The position numbers and the translations under genes were made by a program. Shown here piece by piece: positions 63,196-64,000 of a DNA stretch of 64,000 nucleotides. The stretch covers positions 1-64,000 of the forward strand of contig JAAILG010000374.1 in NCBI GenBank assembly GCA_012026655.1, written 5' to 3'. The DNA comes from Hydrolagus affinis (Eukaryota). Under the pieces are notes generated by a model. It did no database searches. It was not told where the DNA came from and saw only the letters and a program-made list of their open reading frames with translations. Each line of letters starts with the position of its first letter. Position 1 is the first letter of the stretch.

Positions 63196-64000
63196 CTTCT
63201 TTCGTCTTACAAACGCACCAAGGTATCCTGTAAGAAACTTCGATTGTTTTTAATTCTATAGTATTTTTTTTGCCATGTTTTCACAATATTCACCATCGCA
63301 TTCCCTCATACTATACACCTGCTCTCCTTCCCTTTTCCTTAGTCTGGTTGAAAGCGCAATCTCAACAATGACAAGAAATAATGTTCATGAAGCATGGATT
63401 AAGAACAAAAGTTTTCTCTTTTACCTGCTGTGGAACACAATACAATACAAACAGACAGATCCCATAGCACCGACACCTCAGGCTACATTATTTAATATAA
63501 ATGCAGCATTGGATTGTACCTGCCTTAGGTAATATTGTGCACAATAGTGATCAGTCTATGAAAACAGCCATTTTCCTAGCAGAGAAATTGACAGAAAAGT
63601 TATTATAGTGCTGCACAAATGTTTTCTACAATCTTAATTCTCATCTTTAAAATCAACATATTTACAAATACACTCAAAGCATTTCTTAACATCAGGGCTA
63701 TGTGGTGCTGCAACTGTATTTTGTGCCATTTCAATTTTTGTTTTTATTTAATAATTTTCATCTTTGGCGTTTCATGAGTTTAAAATAATGCATTACACAT
63801 AATTCTTCCTATTTTATTAGTCTACAGAAAGTAGATGTTGAAAGGCATTAAAACCAGCACAACAGCTCAAACAAATGTGATGCAGACTAATGATTTGTTT
63901 CTGTGATTCATATCCAAAATGTCCCAGTAATACTGCACAAAAGTCAGTCTGACATGTCGTGTGTTATAACATTTATAATGTGTGAAGCCCAAGGTCATAA

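Overview
Vertebrate genomic DNA, AT-rich and full of introns, with one 100-N assembly gap at 45900-45999. The window holds the 3' part of a single + strand gene, the ionotropic glutamate receptor delta-1 (GRID1/GluD1). I could delimit eleven coding exons by hand (equivalent to human exons 6-16, 5693-58475). All have AG/GT boundaries and compatible phases, and they join into 2247 nt (748 aa + stop). That covers the distal amino-terminal domain, S1, M1-M3 (SYTANLAAF gate), S2, M4 and the C-terminal PDZ ligand GTSI. Exons 1-5 lie upstream of the window. The rest is intron and 3' flank, filled with L2 LINE 3' ends with (TTG)n tails, a tRNA-Ala-like SINE sharing the L2 terminal stem-loop, older DeuSINE-like SINEs, decayed CR1 fragments and two TA-flanked Tigger/pogo-type MITEs. 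The repeat set and compact introns suggest a cartilaginous fish, possibly elephant shark (inference only). Most short ORFs in the track are noise or repeat-derived. I found no convincing new multi-gene system. The best leads are GluN1-like or non-mammalian residues in the ligand-binding pocket, a possible RNA hairpin over the Q/R-homologous codon, weak or alternative donors at the M4 exon, a 3'UTR Pumilio/miR-26 cassette, covarying SINE/LINE tail stems and several CNE-like intronic blocks. Comparisons with human GluD1, GluD2 and GluN1 are from memory and need an alignment to confirm.
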